A stretch of DNA of 64,000 nucleotides from Alphaproteobacteria bacterium. GTDB taxonomy: Bacteria > Pseudomonadota > Alphaproteobacteria > GCA-2731375. The notes under the pieces are model-generated. The model did not search any database. It was given only the letters and a program-made list of their open reading frames with translations, and was not told the DNA's origin. The position numbers were made by a program, and so were the translations under genes. Of the stretch, positions 34,309 to 46,827 are shown one piece after another (positions within the stretch are counted from its first letter, which is position 1; each line of letters starts with the position of its first letter). The stretch is from assembly GCA_965225945.1 (NCBI GenBank), contig CBDDBZ010000025.1, forward strand, positions 64,001 through 128,000. Direction: 5' to 3'.

Positions 34309-35994
34309 CTAGAACAGCCCCTCGATCCGGCCCTGGTCGTCGATGTGGATCGCCTCCGCCGCCGGGACCCTGGGCAGGCCCGGCATGGTCATGATCTCGC
34401 CGCAGATCACCACCACGAATTCGGCGCCGGCCGATAGCTTCGCCTCGCGGATCGGTATCACGTGATCGGAGGGCGCGCCCTTCAGGTCGGGATCGGTGGA
34501 GAAGCTGTATTGCGTCTTGGCGATGCAGACGGGCAAGTGGCCGAAGCCCGCGTCCTCGAACTGCTTGAACTGGTCGATGACCCGCTTCTCGGCCGAGACG
34601 TCGGCGGCGCCGTAAATCTTGCGCGCCACCGTCCGTGCCTTCTCCATGAGCCCCATATCGTCCGGGTACAAGAGCTGGAAATCGGCGCCGCCGCCCTCGG
34701 CCAGTTCCGCCACCGTGTGGGCCAGGTCCTCGGCGCCGGCGCCGCCCTCGGCCCAGTGGCCGCAGACGTGCGCTTGGACCCCGCGCGCGGCGCAGAACTC
34801 GTGGATGGCTTCCATTTCCGCGCTCGTGTCGGCAATGAAACGGTTCACCGCGACCACCGCCGGCACGCCGAAACGGGCGATGTTGTCGAGATGGCGGGCG
34901 AGGTTCTCCAGCCCCGCCACCACCGCCTGGACGTTCTCCCGCGCAAGCGCGTCGCGGGCGATGCCGCCGTGCATCTTCAACGCCCGCGCGGTGGCGACGA
35001 TGACCACCGCCGCCGGCCTGAGCCCGGCCTTGCGGCACTTGATGTCGAAAAACTTCTCGGCCCCGAGATCGGCGCCGAAGCCGGCCTCGGTGACCACGTA
35101 GTCGGCGAGCTTCAGCGCGCTTCTGGTGGCGATCACGCTGTTGCAGCCATGGGCGATGTTGGCGAAGGGGCCGCCATGGATGAAGGCCGGGTTGTTCTCC
35201 AGCGTCTGCACCAGGTTGGGCGCGAGCGCATCCTTCAGAAGCGTGCTCATCGGGCCGTCGGCCTTCAGCTCGCGCGCGCTCACCGGCTTCCTCTCGCGGG
35301 TGTAGCCGACGACCATGTTGCCGAGCCGGCGCTCCAGATCGGCGAGGTCGGAGGCCAGGCAAAATACCGCCATCACCTCCGAGGCGACGGTGATGTCGAA
35401 GCCGTCCTCGCGCGGGAAGCCGTTGGCCACGCCGCCGAGGTTGACGACGATCGAGCGGAGCGCCCGGTCGTTCATGTCCACCACCCGGCGCCAGGTGATG
35501 CGCCGCGGGTCGAGGCCGAGCGCATTGCCATAATAGATGTGGTTGTCGAGCATCGCCGCCAGCAGGTTGTTGGCCGCGCCGATGGCATGGAAATCGCCGG
35601 TGAAGTGGAGGTTGATGTCCTCCATCGGCACCACCTGGGCATAGCCGCCGCCGGCCGCCCCGCCCTTGACGCCGAAGCAGGGCCCGAGGCTCGGCTCGCG
35701 CAGGCAAATCAAGGCCTTCTTGCCGATCCGGTTGAGCCCGTCGCCGAGACCGACGGTGGTCGTCGTCTTGCCCTCGCCGGCGGGCGTGGGGGTGATCGCG
35801 GTGACCAGGATCAGTTTGCCGTCGCCCTGGTCGCGGAGGCCGTTCAGGTAGCCGAGATCGATCTTCGCCTTGGTCGGCCCAAACCGGTAGAGCTGGGTCG
35901 CGGGGATCTCCAGCCGTTCGGCGATCGCCTCGATCGGCTTCGTGGTCGCCTGGCGGGCGATCTCGATATCGCTCTCGAGCTTGCTCTCGGTCAT
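34309..35994 (-). CDS. fhs: Formate--tetrahydrofolate ligase
   Basis: [17 protein letters not shown] and GPFANIAHG motifs. Confidence 0.97.
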   Translation of the reverse strand: MTESKLESDIEIARQATTKPIEAIAERLEIPATQLYRFGPTKAKIDLGYLNGLRDQGDGKLILVTAITPTPAGEGKTTTTVGLGDGLNRIGKKALICLREPSLGPCFGVKGGAAGGGYAQVVPMEDINLHFTGDFHAIGAANNLLAAMLDNHIYYGNALGLDPRRITWRRVVDMNDRALRSIVVNLGGVANGFPREDGFDITVASEVMAVFCLASDLADLERRLGNMVVGYTRERKPVSARELKADGPMSTLLKDALAPNLVQTLENNPAFIHGGPFANIAHGCNSVIATRSALKLADYVVTEAGFGADLGAEKFFDIKCRKAGLRPAAVVIVATARALKMHGGIARDALARENVQAVVAGLENLARHLDNIARFGVPAVVAVNRFIADTSAEMEAIHEFCAARGVQAHVCGHWAEGGAGAEDLAHTVAELAEGGGADFQLLYPDDMGLMEKARTVARKIYGAADVSAEKRVIDQFKQFEDAGFGHLPVCIAKTQYSFSTDPDLKGAPSDHVIPIREAKLSAGAEFVVVICGEIMTMPGLPRVPAAEAIHIDDQGRIEGLF

Positions 35995-36271
35995 GGTTTT
36001 CCCCTCTCGAATACTGCCTTTGGTCTTGCCCGGGCGGGCGAGGGCGCATCATGCGAGGGGACGCGCCGTCTGTCGATATCGCGCCGCCTCATGGCCCCTC
36101 CACGTCGCCCCCGCCGCCGTCCCTGGTCGATCGAGGGGCTTGGTCATGCGCCTCGGCGCGGGCGCGGCCCGCCGGGTCGAGATAAGTCCCGGTCGTCGAG
36201 TCGGCCATTTGACCGCGACCAAATTAGTGTATTAAGGGAGCGGTCGATGTTGATGATGGGAGGATGTGGCG

Positions 36272-36997
36272 ATGGCGAGCAGGGATTGGTCGATCGAGGG
36301 CCGTTATGTCGAATGTTGCAGTTGTGTCGTCGGCTGCCCGTGCGAATCGATGGCGGACCCGAGCGAGGGCAGCTGCACCGGCCTGGTGGCGTTTCAGATC
36401 GACAAGGGACATTGAAGGGACATTGCGACGGCGCCTCTCTCGACGGCATGAAGGTGGTCGCGACCTTCTACTTCCCCCGCGCCATCCACCATGGTGACGG
36501 TCACATGCAGCCGATCCTTTGGAGGAGAGTGGCGGCACATCAGCGACTGCATGATCAACTCCCCGATCCGATGGCGATGTCCAGAGCAGCGCGACGCGAT
36601 CTTCTACATCCTGAGCGGTGAGGATCAGCCCGTCGGCACCATGTTCCAGATCTTCAGCATCATCGTCGAGCATCACCACGATCCGATCTCCACCAAGATC
36701 GATTTCGAGTGGGACATCGAGAAGCGGACCTCGCACGTCGAGATGCCGAACCTGTTGAAACTACGTTCGGAGACCATCCGCAATCCGGTCACCGACGCGG
36801 AGCATCGGATGATCACCGTTCTGCCCGACGGCTGGATGTTCCACGAGGCGGAGAACGCGGCCGGCTTCGCCAAGAGCGTCGGGGATCTGAAGTTCGATCT
36901 CAACCACACCCACAGCTCGCTGGCCTATGTCGCCTGGGGGCCGGAGGGCCTGAAGTACGACCTGGCGGGATCCCGCGAGCGTTTCCCCCTCGTCTAG
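36272..36997 (+). pseudogene. DUF1326-family Cys-rich protein, frameshifted
   Basis: Starts MASRDWSIEGRYVECCSCVVGCPC...CTG; 11-bp tandem duplication at 36404-36425 and further disruption near 36515-36580; C-terminal half ...EQRDAIFYILSG... is intact. Confidence 0.75.
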
Positions 36998-37017
36998 GGG
37001 GCGATCCGCTCCGCCCC

Positions 37018-38403
37018 TCAGCTCGGCAGCATCTTGCCCGGGTTCATCAGGTTCTCGGGATCGATCGCCTGCTTCAGCGCGGCCATGACGTCGACCGCGT
37101 CGCCGTGTTCCGCCCGCATGTACTTGATCTTGCCCATGCCGATGCCGTGCTCGCCGGTGCACGTCCCCTCCATCGCCAGCGCCCGCTTGGCCAGCCGGTC
37201 GCAGATCCACTCGAGCTCCGCCACCGCGCTCTCGTCCTCCGGATCGAAGGGCACGGCGAGGTGGAAGTTGCCGTCGCCGACGTGACCGACGATCGGCGCG
37301 ATCAGGCTGGTCTGGGTCAGATCCTCGCTGGTCTCCCTGATGCACTCCGTCAGGCGGCTGATCGGCACGCAGACGTCGGTCGCCAGGATGCGGCCGCCCG
37401 GCAGCAGCGCCTTAACCGCATAGGCGACGTCGTGGCGGGCCTGCCAGAGCTTGCTGCGCTCTTCCGCGCTGGTGGTCCATTGAAACGCGCCGCCACCGTT
37501 CTCGCCCGCGATCTCGCCAAACATCTCCACCTGTTCGCTCACCCCCGCCTCGGTGCCATGGAACTCCAGGAAGAGCGTCGGCTCGACCGGATAGTCGAGC
37601 CCGGAATACTTGTTGATGATGTCGATCTGGACCGCGTCGCAGAGCTCGATCCGGGCCACCGGAATGCCGCACTGGATGGTCATGATCACCGTGTCGACGG
37701 CGCCGTCCAGGGTCTTGAACGGGACCACGGCGGCGGTAATCGTCTCCGGGATGCCGTGTAGACGCAGCGTGATCTCGGTGATCACGCCGAGCGTGCCCTC
37801 GGAGCCGACGAAGAGGCGGGTCAGGTCGTAGCCCGCCGCCGATTTCCGCGCGCGGCGCGCGGTTCGGATGATCCGCCCGTCGGGCAGCACCACCTCGAGG
37901 CTCAACACGTTCTCCCGCATGGTGCCGTAGCGGACCGCGTTGGTGCCGGAGGCGCGCGTCGCCGCCATGCCGCCGATCGAGGCATCGGCGCCGGGATCGA
38001 TCGAGAAGAAGAGCCCGGTATCGCGCAAATATTCGTTCACCTGCTTGCGGGTGATGCCGGGCTGCACGCGGCAGTCCATGTCCTCGGCATTGACTTCCAG
38101 GACCTGGTTCATCTCGCCCAAGTCGATGGAAACGCCGCCCTGCAGGGCCTGAATGTGCCCCTCGAGCGAGGTGCCGGTGCCGTAGGGGATGACCGGGGCA
38201 CCATGGCGGGCGCAGATCTCGACGATCTTCGAGACCTCTTGCGTGCTCCTCGGAAAGACCACGGCGTCGGGCGGCATGGTCTCGACCCAGGCCTCGTCGT
38301 GGCCGTGGGTCTCGCGCATCGAGGCCGAGGTGGAGACGCGATCTCCCAAGAGCTCGCTCAACTCCTCGACGAGGCTCCTGACTTCGTGGACGGCGAGGCT
38401 CAT
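37018..38403 (-). CDS. FAD-linked oxidase (D-lactate dehydrogenase/GlcD family)
   Basis: GTSLEG, GSEGTLG, HVGDGNFH, GEHGIG and MNPGK motifs. Confidence 0.9.
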   Translation of the reverse strand: MSLAVHEVRSLVEELSELLGDRVSTSASMRETHGHDEAWVETMPPDAVVFPRSTQEVSKIVEICARHGAPVIPYGTGTSLEGHIQALQGGVSIDLGEMNQVLEVNAEDMDCRVQPGITRKQVNEYLRDTGLFFSIDPGADASIGGMAATRASGTNAVRYGTMRENVLSLEVVLPDGRIIRTARRARKSAAGYDLTRLFVGSEGTLGVITEITLRLHGIPETITAAVVPFKTLDGAVDTVIMTIQCGIPVARIELCDAVQIDIINKYSGLDYPVEPTLFLEFHGTEAGVSEQVEMFGEIAGENGGGAFQWTTSAEERSKLWQARHDVAYAVKALLPGGRILATDVCVPISRLTECIRETSEDLTQTSLIAPIVGHVGDGNFHLAVPFDPEDESAVAELEWICDRLAKRALAMEGTCTGEHGIGMGKIKYMRAEHGDAVDVMAALKQAIDPENLMNPGKMLPS

Positions 38404-38522
38404 GGCGTCCCTCTCGCGGGCATGGTTGATATCGGCGCCAATCTACGCGTGCGCTCCGATCGCGGCAAGCGAGCCGGCTCGCCGGCCTTGTTCCGGCGTG
38501 CGCCGAAGCTATCATCGCCACC

Positions 38523-39047
38523 ATGAGCACGCTTTCCGTCCCCTTCGATCCGGCCCGCGAGACGCCGCCGGCGGCGCCCATCGATATCCACCATACGCGG
38601 GTGAAACCCGAGTGGATCGACTACAACGGCCATCTGAACGTCGGCTACTACGTCGTCGCCTTCGACAACGCCACCGACCATCTGCTGAACTTACTCGATG
38701 TCGGCGAGGCGCACGCCAAACGCACCCGGCAGGGCTGTTTCGTGCTGGAGACGCACGTCACCTACGTCCGCGAGGTGGCCCGCGACGATCCCCTGCGCTT
38801 CACCGCCCAGATGCTGGACGCCGATGAGAAGCGGATCCACTATTTTCTCGAGATGCACCACGGCGAGCAGAACTACCTCGCAGCCACCTCGGAGCAGATC
38901 GTCATGCTGGTCGACCTGGAAGCGCGCCGCCCGGTGGCCTTCCCCGAGGCCGCGATGCGACGGATCGAGGTGCTGGCCGAGGCGCACCGCCCACTGCCCC
39001 GCCCGGCGCAGGCCGGCAACCGGATCGCCATCCGGCGGAAGGGCTGA
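38523..39047 (+). CDS. Thioesterase family (hotdog fold) protein
   Basis: WIDYNGHLNVGYY motif. Confidence 0.85.
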   Translation: MSTLSVPFDPARETPPAAPIDIHHTRVKPEWIDYNGHLNVGYYVVAFDNATDHLLNLLDVGEAHAKRTRQGCFVLETHVTYVREVARDDPLRFTAQMLDADEKRIHYFLEMHHGEQNYLAATSEQIVMLVDLEARRPVAFPEAAMRRIEVLAEAHRPLPRPAQAGNRIAIRRKG

Positions 39048-39182
39048 CGCGTTTTGCGATGGCACGGGCGGGCCGCCGGATTGCGTGACGGCAGTAGCGA
39101 GAGATCGAGCTTCACGATCCGTGACTTCGCCAGGCCGCGCCGCGTGCTATCCTCGACGCCGTGAAGCGATGGTGACAGTGCC

Positions 39183-39413
39183 ATGTTCGGTGATTCTACC
39201 GTGACCTATCTGATCGCCAACGCCGCCTCGGTGGCGGCCTTCGTCGTCGTCGGTATGTTGATCTTCCGCGGCCATCGTTGGCGCGGCATCATATTCGGGC
39301 TCTTCCTCGGCTTCACCATTGGCCCGATGATCGTCGACGCCGCCCTCGTCGAGTCGACCCCCGCGCCCGAAGCCCAGGACCGCCGGGCGCTGTCACCGAT
39401 CAAGCTCCAATAA
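39183..39413 (+). CDS. Small hypothetical membrane protein
   Basis: 76 aa, two hydrophobic segments, fills the intergenic gap. Confidence 0.5.
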   Translation: MFGDSTVTYLIANAASVAAFVVVGMLIFRGHRWRGIIFGLFLGFTIGPMIVDAALVESTPAPEAQDRRALSPIKLQ

Positions 39414-39489
39414 CCGCGCCCGTCTTGCGCGCCGCCATCGGCCGCGCCATGTCACTTCGAGTGCGGCAACCGACGAAGGGAGGCCTCGT

Positions 39490-39999
39490 GTGATCGGCAG
39501 TGGGCACGTGGCCGTGATGGCCGACTACAACAAGTGGCAGAACGAGAACCTCTACACCGCCGCCGGCGGGCTGGACGAAGCGGCGCGGCGACACGAGCGA
39601 GGTGCCTTCTTCGGCTCGATCCACGCAACCCTGAGCCACCTGCTCTGGGGCGACCGGATCTGGATGAGCCGCTTCGCCGGCACGCCCAAGCCGGAACAGC
39701 CCGACATTCCCGCCTCGATCCACGAGGCCGGCGAGTGGCCGGCGCTGGTCGCGGCCCGGCGCGTGATGGACGAGGCGATCGTCGCCTGGGCCCGGGGCCT
39801 CGACGAGGCGTCGCTCGCCGGCGACCTCACCTGGTTTTCGGGCGCGCTCGGCGCCGAGGTCTCGAAGCCGCTCTGGCTTCTGGTCACCCACTTCTTCAAC
39901 CACCAGACCCACCACCGGGGCCAAACCCACGCCATGCTCACCGCCGCCGGCGCCAAGCCGGGCGACACCGACCTCTTCATCATGCCCTCGCTCGCCTGA
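39490..39999 (+). CDS. DinB family protein
   Basis: YNKWQN, FFGSIHATLSH and HFFNHQTHHRGQ motifs. Confidence 0.9.
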   Translation: MIGSGHVAVMADYNKWQNENLYTAAGGLDEAARRHERGAFFGSIHATLSHLLWGDRIWMSRFAGTPKPEQPDIPASIHEAGEWPALVAARRVMDEAIVAWARGLDEASLAGDLTWFSGALGAEVSKPLWLLVTHFFNHQTHHRGQTHAMLTAAGAKPGDTDLFIMPSLA

Positions 40000-40021
40000 G
40001 CGCGAGCCAACGGAGACCCCT

Positions 40022-40474
40022 ATGACCGAGCACCCCAAGCCGCGCGCCGTCGGTTTCAACCACGTCGCCCTCGAAGTCGGCGACATGGACGAGGCGCTGG
40101 CCTTCTACGGCCGGATCTTCGACTTCACGCTCCGGAGCCGGAGCGAGAACATGGCCTTCATCGATCTGGGCGACCAGTTCTTGGCGTTGCAGACCGGCCG
40201 GCACCAGGGGCCGGACGACGGCCGCCATTTCGGCCTGGTGGTCGACGACAAGGCGGCGGCGCGTACCGCGCTCGAGGCCGCCGGCGTCGAAATTTTGCCG
40301 GGCCGTTTTCTCGACTTCCGCGATCCCTGGGGCAACCGGATCGAGATCGTCGGCTACGACAACATCCAGTTCACCAAGGCGGCGGACGTGCTGCGCGGCA
40401 TGGACCTCGCGCATCTCGAGAAGAACGAGAACGCGCTCGGCGAACTCGCCGAAAAGGGCATGGCGCCGGAATAG
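40022..40474 (+). CDS. VOC/glyoxalase family protein
   Basis: NHVALEV, HFGLVV and DPWGNRIE motifs. Confidence 0.88.
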   Translation: MTEHPKPRAVGFNHVALEVGDMDEALAFYGRIFDFTLRSRSENMAFIDLGDQFLALQTGRHQGPDDGRHFGLVVDDKAAARTALEAAGVEILPGRFLDFRDPWGNRIEIVGYDNIQFTKAADVLRGMDLAHLEKNENALGELAEKGMAPE

Positions 40475-40569
40475 GGCGTCGGGACTTGGGGCGCGCGCCG
40501 CCGCTTGCCGCCGCGCCCGCTTCGCGTCATCCTTCGTCCAGATGGCGAGAAACGACAAGGAGCGGTGTC

Positions 40570-41628
40570 ATGGCGAGCAAGAAGGGCAACGGCAACGGCG
40601 GAGCGGCTTACGTCTATGCGGGACTGGCGGGGGAGAGCGCGCCGGGACGCATTGTCGACAGCGGGCTCTATCGCCTCACGGATGGTAGCGAGGAATGGGA
40701 GGCGCTCTCGGGCGGCTTGCCCGATGAGCCGGCGATCCGCGCACTCGCCGTCCATCCCGCCAGACCGGAGGTGGTCTACGCCGGCACTCAGGACGGCCCC
40801 TACCGGAGCGAGGATCACGGCGCCACCTGGGCGAAGGTGGCGGTACCGGATCACGGCCTGCCGGTCTGGTCGGTGCTGTTCCACCCGCGCGATCCCGAGG
40901 TGATCCTGATCGGCTACGAGAACGCCGAGATTTATCGCAGCGACGACGGGGGTGAGAACTGGCGGCGCCTGCCGGTCCACGTCCGCTACCCCGACATCAC
41001 CACCGCGCCCGGCTCCAACCCCGCGAAGCGCGTGTTGATGCTGGACGCGAGCCCGACCGACCCGCAAGTGCTCTACGCCGCGATCGAGGTCGGCGGCACG
41101 ATCCGCTCGAGCGACGGGGGCATGAGCTGGGAAAACCTTTCCGACGGGCAATACCTGAACGACGATCCGGTCGATATGCACGGCGTCTTGGCCAGCCGCT
41201 GGCGGCCCGGCAACGTCTACGCCATCGGCCGCGCCGGCATGTTCCACAGCGCCGACGGCGGCGATCATTGGCGCCTCGTGCCGCTGGAACCATTGAACGA
41301 GAAGGGCCAGATCTACTGCCGCGACATCGCCGAGGTGCCGGGCAATCCGCGCTGCCTCTGGGTCGCGGCCGGCGGCAACTTCCAGAGTGACGTCGGCGTC
41401 CTGCTGAATAGCGCCGACGGCGGCGATACCTGGCGCCGGGTCGACATGGGGCTCAAGCCCGAGAACACGCTCTTCGCGCTCGCCTTCGACGAGCGGCGGC
41501 CGGAGCGGATGTCGTGCGCCACCAACGCCGGCCAAGTGTTCACCAGCCTCGACGGCGGCGATAGTTGGGCCGACCTGCCACCGCTCCCTTGCGACGGCGG
41601 GCAGATCTACGCGCTCGCCCGGGGCTGA
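40570..41628 (+). CDS. BNR/Asp-box repeat beta-propeller protein
   Basis: Repeated SxDGGxxW motifs; no clear signal peptide. Confidence 0.85.
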   Translation: MASKKGNGNGGAAYVYAGLAGESAPGRIVDSGLYRLTDGSEEWEALSGGLPDEPAIRALAVHPARPEVVYAGTQDGPYRSEDHGATWAKVAVPDHGLPVWSVLFHPRDPEVILIGYENAEIYRSDDGGENWRRLPVHVRYPDITTAPGSNPAKRVLMLDASPTDPQVLYAAIEVGGTIRSSDGGMSWENLSDGQYLNDDPVDMHGVLASRWRPGNVYAIGRAGMFHSADGGDHWRLVPLEPLNEKGQIYCRDIAEVPGNPRCLWVAAGGNFQSDVGVLLNSADGGDTWRRVDMGLKPENTLFALAFDERRPERMSCATNAGQVFTSLDGGDSWADLPPLPCDGGQIYALARG

Positions 41629-41647
41629 ACCGCGCGCGAGGGGCGCG

Positions 41648-42760
41648 ATGGCGATGATCATCGATTCCCACGCCCATATCTTCGAGAAGTGGTCGGGCGC
41701 CTGCGGCCTGGCCTCGCGGGCGCTCCACTGGCGCTATATTCAGAAGAACGTCACCCGCCCGGCGGCCAAGGTCTATCGCTCGGCCGACGGCGCGCCGGGC
41801 GACGCCTCGGCGCTCTCCCGGCCGGGCGAGGGCACTTGGGCCGGTCTCAGCGACGACGTCGACTTTCGCGTCGGACCATATGGCCGACTGGAGTTCGCGA
41901 TCGACGGCGAGGACCATTACGTTCAGTACATGCCGGTCGGCATGGCCGAGATCGAATCCACGCCGGAATTCATGCTCACGCAGATGAACGCGGCCGGCGT
42001 CGATCACTGCGTCCTGCAGGCGGGTTTCGCCTATGGCGCCATGAACGACTACAACGCGCTGGCCCAGAGGCAGTTCCCCGCGCGTTTCACCGGGCTTTTT
42101 CATGTCGACGAGGCGCGCGCCGACGAAGCGGGCTGGATGGCCGAGGCGCGCCGCGCGGTGGAGCGACTGGGGCTGCGGGGCCTCTACTATTCGCTGGAGC
42201 AATTCAGCCGCTACGGCTTCGACGTCTGGTTCGACGACCGCCGCTTCGATGCTTTCTGGGACCTGATCCAGGGCCACGACCTACCCGTCTTCATCGAGTT
42301 CTCCTCGATTCCGAGCTACGACCGGGCCGGTTACATGAACGTCGTCGGGCGCTTCGCCGGCCTACTTGACCGCTTCCCCTCGATCCGCTGGCTGTTGGTG
42401 ATGGCGCCGCCCGTGCAATATTTCGCAACCGACGGCCGCTGGGACTTCCCCGAGCTGGCGGCGGAGGTCTATGGCCGCGATAACGTCAGCCTGGAGATGT
42501 GCTTTCCCATCACCTGGGGCGGCGTCTGGGACTACCCTTACCCGGAAGCGCGAGCGCTGATCCGCGACCTGCGCGACCGTTATGGCGCGGGCAAGCTCGT
42601 CTGGGGCTCCGACATGCCCAACCTCGAGCGCTTTTGCACCTATCGCCAGGGCGTCGACTATATTCGCCGCCATTGCGATTTTCTCTCCGCCGAGGAGAAG
42701 GATCGAATTCTGGGCGGCAATCTGGCGGACTTGCTGGGAATCGCACCCGGCGGCGCCTAG
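41648..42760 (+). CDS. Amidohydrolase family (amidohydro_2) protein
   Basis: IDSHAH, WGSDMP and ILGGN motifs. Confidence 0.85.
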   Translation: MAMIIDSHAHIFEKWSGACGLASRALHWRYIQKNVTRPAAKVYRSADGAPGDASALSRPGEGTWAGLSDDVDFRVGPYGRLEFAIDGEDHYVQYMPVGMAEIESTPEFMLTQMNAAGVDHCVLQAGFAYGAMNDYNALAQRQFPARFTGLFHVDEARADEAGWMAEARRAVERLGLRGLYYSLEQFSRYGFDVWFDDRRFDAFWDLIQGHDLPVFIEFSSIPSYDRAGYMNVVGRFAGLLDRFPSIRWLLVMAPPVQYFATDGRWDFPELAAEVYGRDNVSLEMCFPITWGGVWDYPYPEARALIRDLRDRYGAGKLVWGSDMPNLERFCTYRQGVDYIRRHCDFLSAEEKDRILGGNLADLLGIAPGGA

Positions 42761-42779
42761 ATCCGCCCCCTCCCCGGCC

Positions 42780-43328
42780 TCACCCGACCTCCGTCACCGC
42801 CTCCCGGCCCAGGGTGATCAGGCGGAGCGTGCCGCCGTCGGTCTCGAAAGTCGTAATCGAGCCGTTGTCGGGGCGGAAGACGCGCACGCGGTCCTCGCCG
42901 GTGGCGTGGCCGACGGCGACGTTGATGGCGATGAAATGGCTGAAGATCACCGCATCCCGTTCCAATCCCCTGACATAGTCGACCACGCCCCGGCGCCAGG
43001 CCAGCAACTCCGGCGCCACCACGCTCCAGCCGCCGGCCATCACCGAACCGAGCCAGGCGCGGCGCGCCCCCAAATCCACAGCCCCCGAGGGGATCTCGGC
43101 CACTTGCCGAGCCACCACCGGCGCCACCCCCCAGCGCGCGGCCAAGGGCGCCGCCGTCTCTCGCGCGCGTAGCAACGGGCTGGTCAGCAGCGCGCATGGG
43201 CGCAAGGGCGCCAGTTCCGCCGCCACCGCCTCGGCCTGGGCGCGGCCCAGGTCGTCGAGCCCGGGGTCGAGTTCGGCGTTGAAACCCGCCCCGTCCTTGC
43301 CGTGGCGGATCATGTGAATGCGCACCAT
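42780..43328 (-). CDS. Histidine phosphatase family protein
   Basis: RHG, SPLLRARET and SH motifs. Confidence 0.85.
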   Translation of the reverse strand: MVRIHMIRHGKDGAGFNAELDPGLDDLGRAQAEAVAAELAPLRPCALLTSPLLRARETAAPLAARWGVAPVVARQVAEIPSGAVDLGARRAWLGSVMAGGWSVVAPELLAWRRGVVDYVRGLERDAVIFSHFIAINVAVGHATGEDRVRVFRPDNGSITTFETDGGTLRLITLGREAVTEVG

Positions 43329-43335
43329 CGCTCGC

Positions 43336-43959
43336 TCAATAGAGCTTCGTGCGGAGGCTTTTCTGTACCATGGCCTCGGCCTCCTCGGCCGACGAGCCGT
43401 CGGCGACCTGATCGGTGATCATCTGGCCGAGCGTGGGGAGTACCGAGCGTTCGATCCGGTAGTCGTCGTTCCAGAGGCGGGAGCGGCGAAGCGCCTTCGA
43501 GCATTGGAACATCACTTCCTCCACCGTCACCTCCAGCGCGCTTCGCGGCACCTTGCCTTGAGCCGCCAGCGGCGCCAGCACGGCGGGATCGCGGACGATC
43601 CGCGCGCTACCGTTGACGCGCAGCGTCTCCTCCACCCCCGGGATCATGAAGATCAGTCCGACGCGCGGGTTCTCCACGATGTTGGTGAGGGAGTCGACCC
43701 GGTTGTTGCCCCGCCGGTCGGGGATCAGCAGGCGTTTGTCGTCCAAGACCTCGACGAAGCCCGGCGCGTCGCCGCGCGGCGAGACGTCCAGGCGGCCCTC
43801 GGCGTCGGCGGTGGCGAGGCAGAGGAAGGGCGAGAGGGCGATGAAGTTGCGGCAGTGTTTCTCCAGCCGGTCGATGCATTTCACGGCCGCGAGCCGGCTC
43901 GGCCGGCCATAGATCTCGCCGAGACACCGGGCATCGCGAATTTCGCTGGCGTCGGTCAT
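43336..43959 (-). CDS. Pyridoxamine 5'-phosphate oxidase family FMN-binding protein
   Basis: SPRGDAPGF, PDRRGNNR and ETLRVNG motifs. Confidence 0.88.
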   Translation of the reverse strand: MTDASEIRDARCLGEIYGRPSRLAAVKCIDRLEKHCRNFIALSPFLCLATADAEGRLDVSPRGDAPGFVEVLDDKRLLIPDRRGNNRVDSLTNIVENPRVGLIFMIPGVEETLRVNGSARIVRDPAVLAPLAAQGKVPRSALEVTVEEVMFQCSKALRRSRLWNDDYRIERSVLPTLGQMITDQVADGSSAEEAEAMVQKSLRTKLY

Positions 43960-44114
43960 GTTGGGGGCTCCGAGGGTTCCGTCCGGCGGCCAATCTAGCC
44001 CGCCGCCGAGCGCCCGGCAAATCACGCCGCCGGCGCGCTTTTCGTGCTATGAGAGCGCCGCCCGACCGAGGCGCGGCCCGGCGAGCAACGATTTTCGCGG
44101 AGGAGGAACGCCAC

Positions 44115-46199
<2,085 letters not shown>

Positions 46200-46246
46200 G
46201 GCGGTTTCGACCGGGCCAGGTGATTCCGCGTGAGCGGAAATTATCG

Positions 46247-46720
46247 TCACCGTCCGTGTTGGCGCTGGAGGCTCTCCCACAGCCGGCGACGGCGGTCGGC
46301 CTCGGCCAGTAGACGGCGGGCCTCGGCGGCCACGCGGCGGTCCTGGGCCGAGGGTCGCTTCGGCGCCAGTGCCGCGATGATGGCAATTTTCAGTGGCGCC
46401 CCCCGCCTGAGCCGGACGCAGCCACCGGTCCGGTAGATCTTCCCATAGAGCTTGATCGTGTCGTATTCCGGCTTCGAGCCCCAGCCCTTCGCCGCGTAAT
46501 AATGGGTCAGCTCGTGCTCCGTCACCTCGCGGTGAATACGCCTGAGTCGATAGATGATGTAGGCGAGCTGCTCCTGGCTCTGGACGTTGAGCAGCGCCGT
46601 GTTGAGCGACCGGCGGAAGGCGGCGGTGAATTCGTGGTGGGTCTCGCAGCCGGCGGCCACGGCCGATACCGGCGCCAACGCGGTCCAGGCCAAGATGAGA
46701 ACTGCGACGAGGCGGAGCAT
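46247..46720 (-). CDS. Hypothetical secreted protein
   Basis: Signal-peptide-like MLRLVAVLILAWTALAPVSA; no family recognised. Confidence 0.55.
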   Translation of the reverse strand: MLRLVAVLILAWTALAPVSAVAAGCETHHEFTAAFRRSLNTALLNVQSQEQLAYIIYRLRRIHREVTEHELTHYYAAKGWGSKPEYDTIKLYGKIYRTGGCVRLRRGAPLKIAIIAALAPKRPSAQDRRVAAEARRLLAEADRRRRLWESLQRQHGR

Positions 46721-46827
46721 ATCGACATGATCCCACGCAAATCCCGACCTTGTCAGTGACGGCCGACACTCGGGCAAGCGTAACAGAGTTCACGAGACGA
46801 GTGTATTCAGGCCGGTCCCGGCTGGCT

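Noticed and set aside
33203-36052. 949-aa ORF as an fhs-gshB fusion
   Set aside because: The N-terminal extension is an off-frame shadow of fhs; gshB starts at 34168 and fhs has its own stop
35995-36270. ZTP/THF riboswitch upstream of fhs
   Set aside because: Only a partial CGCCCGGGCA resemblance; the conserved 5' GACUGGCG element is missing
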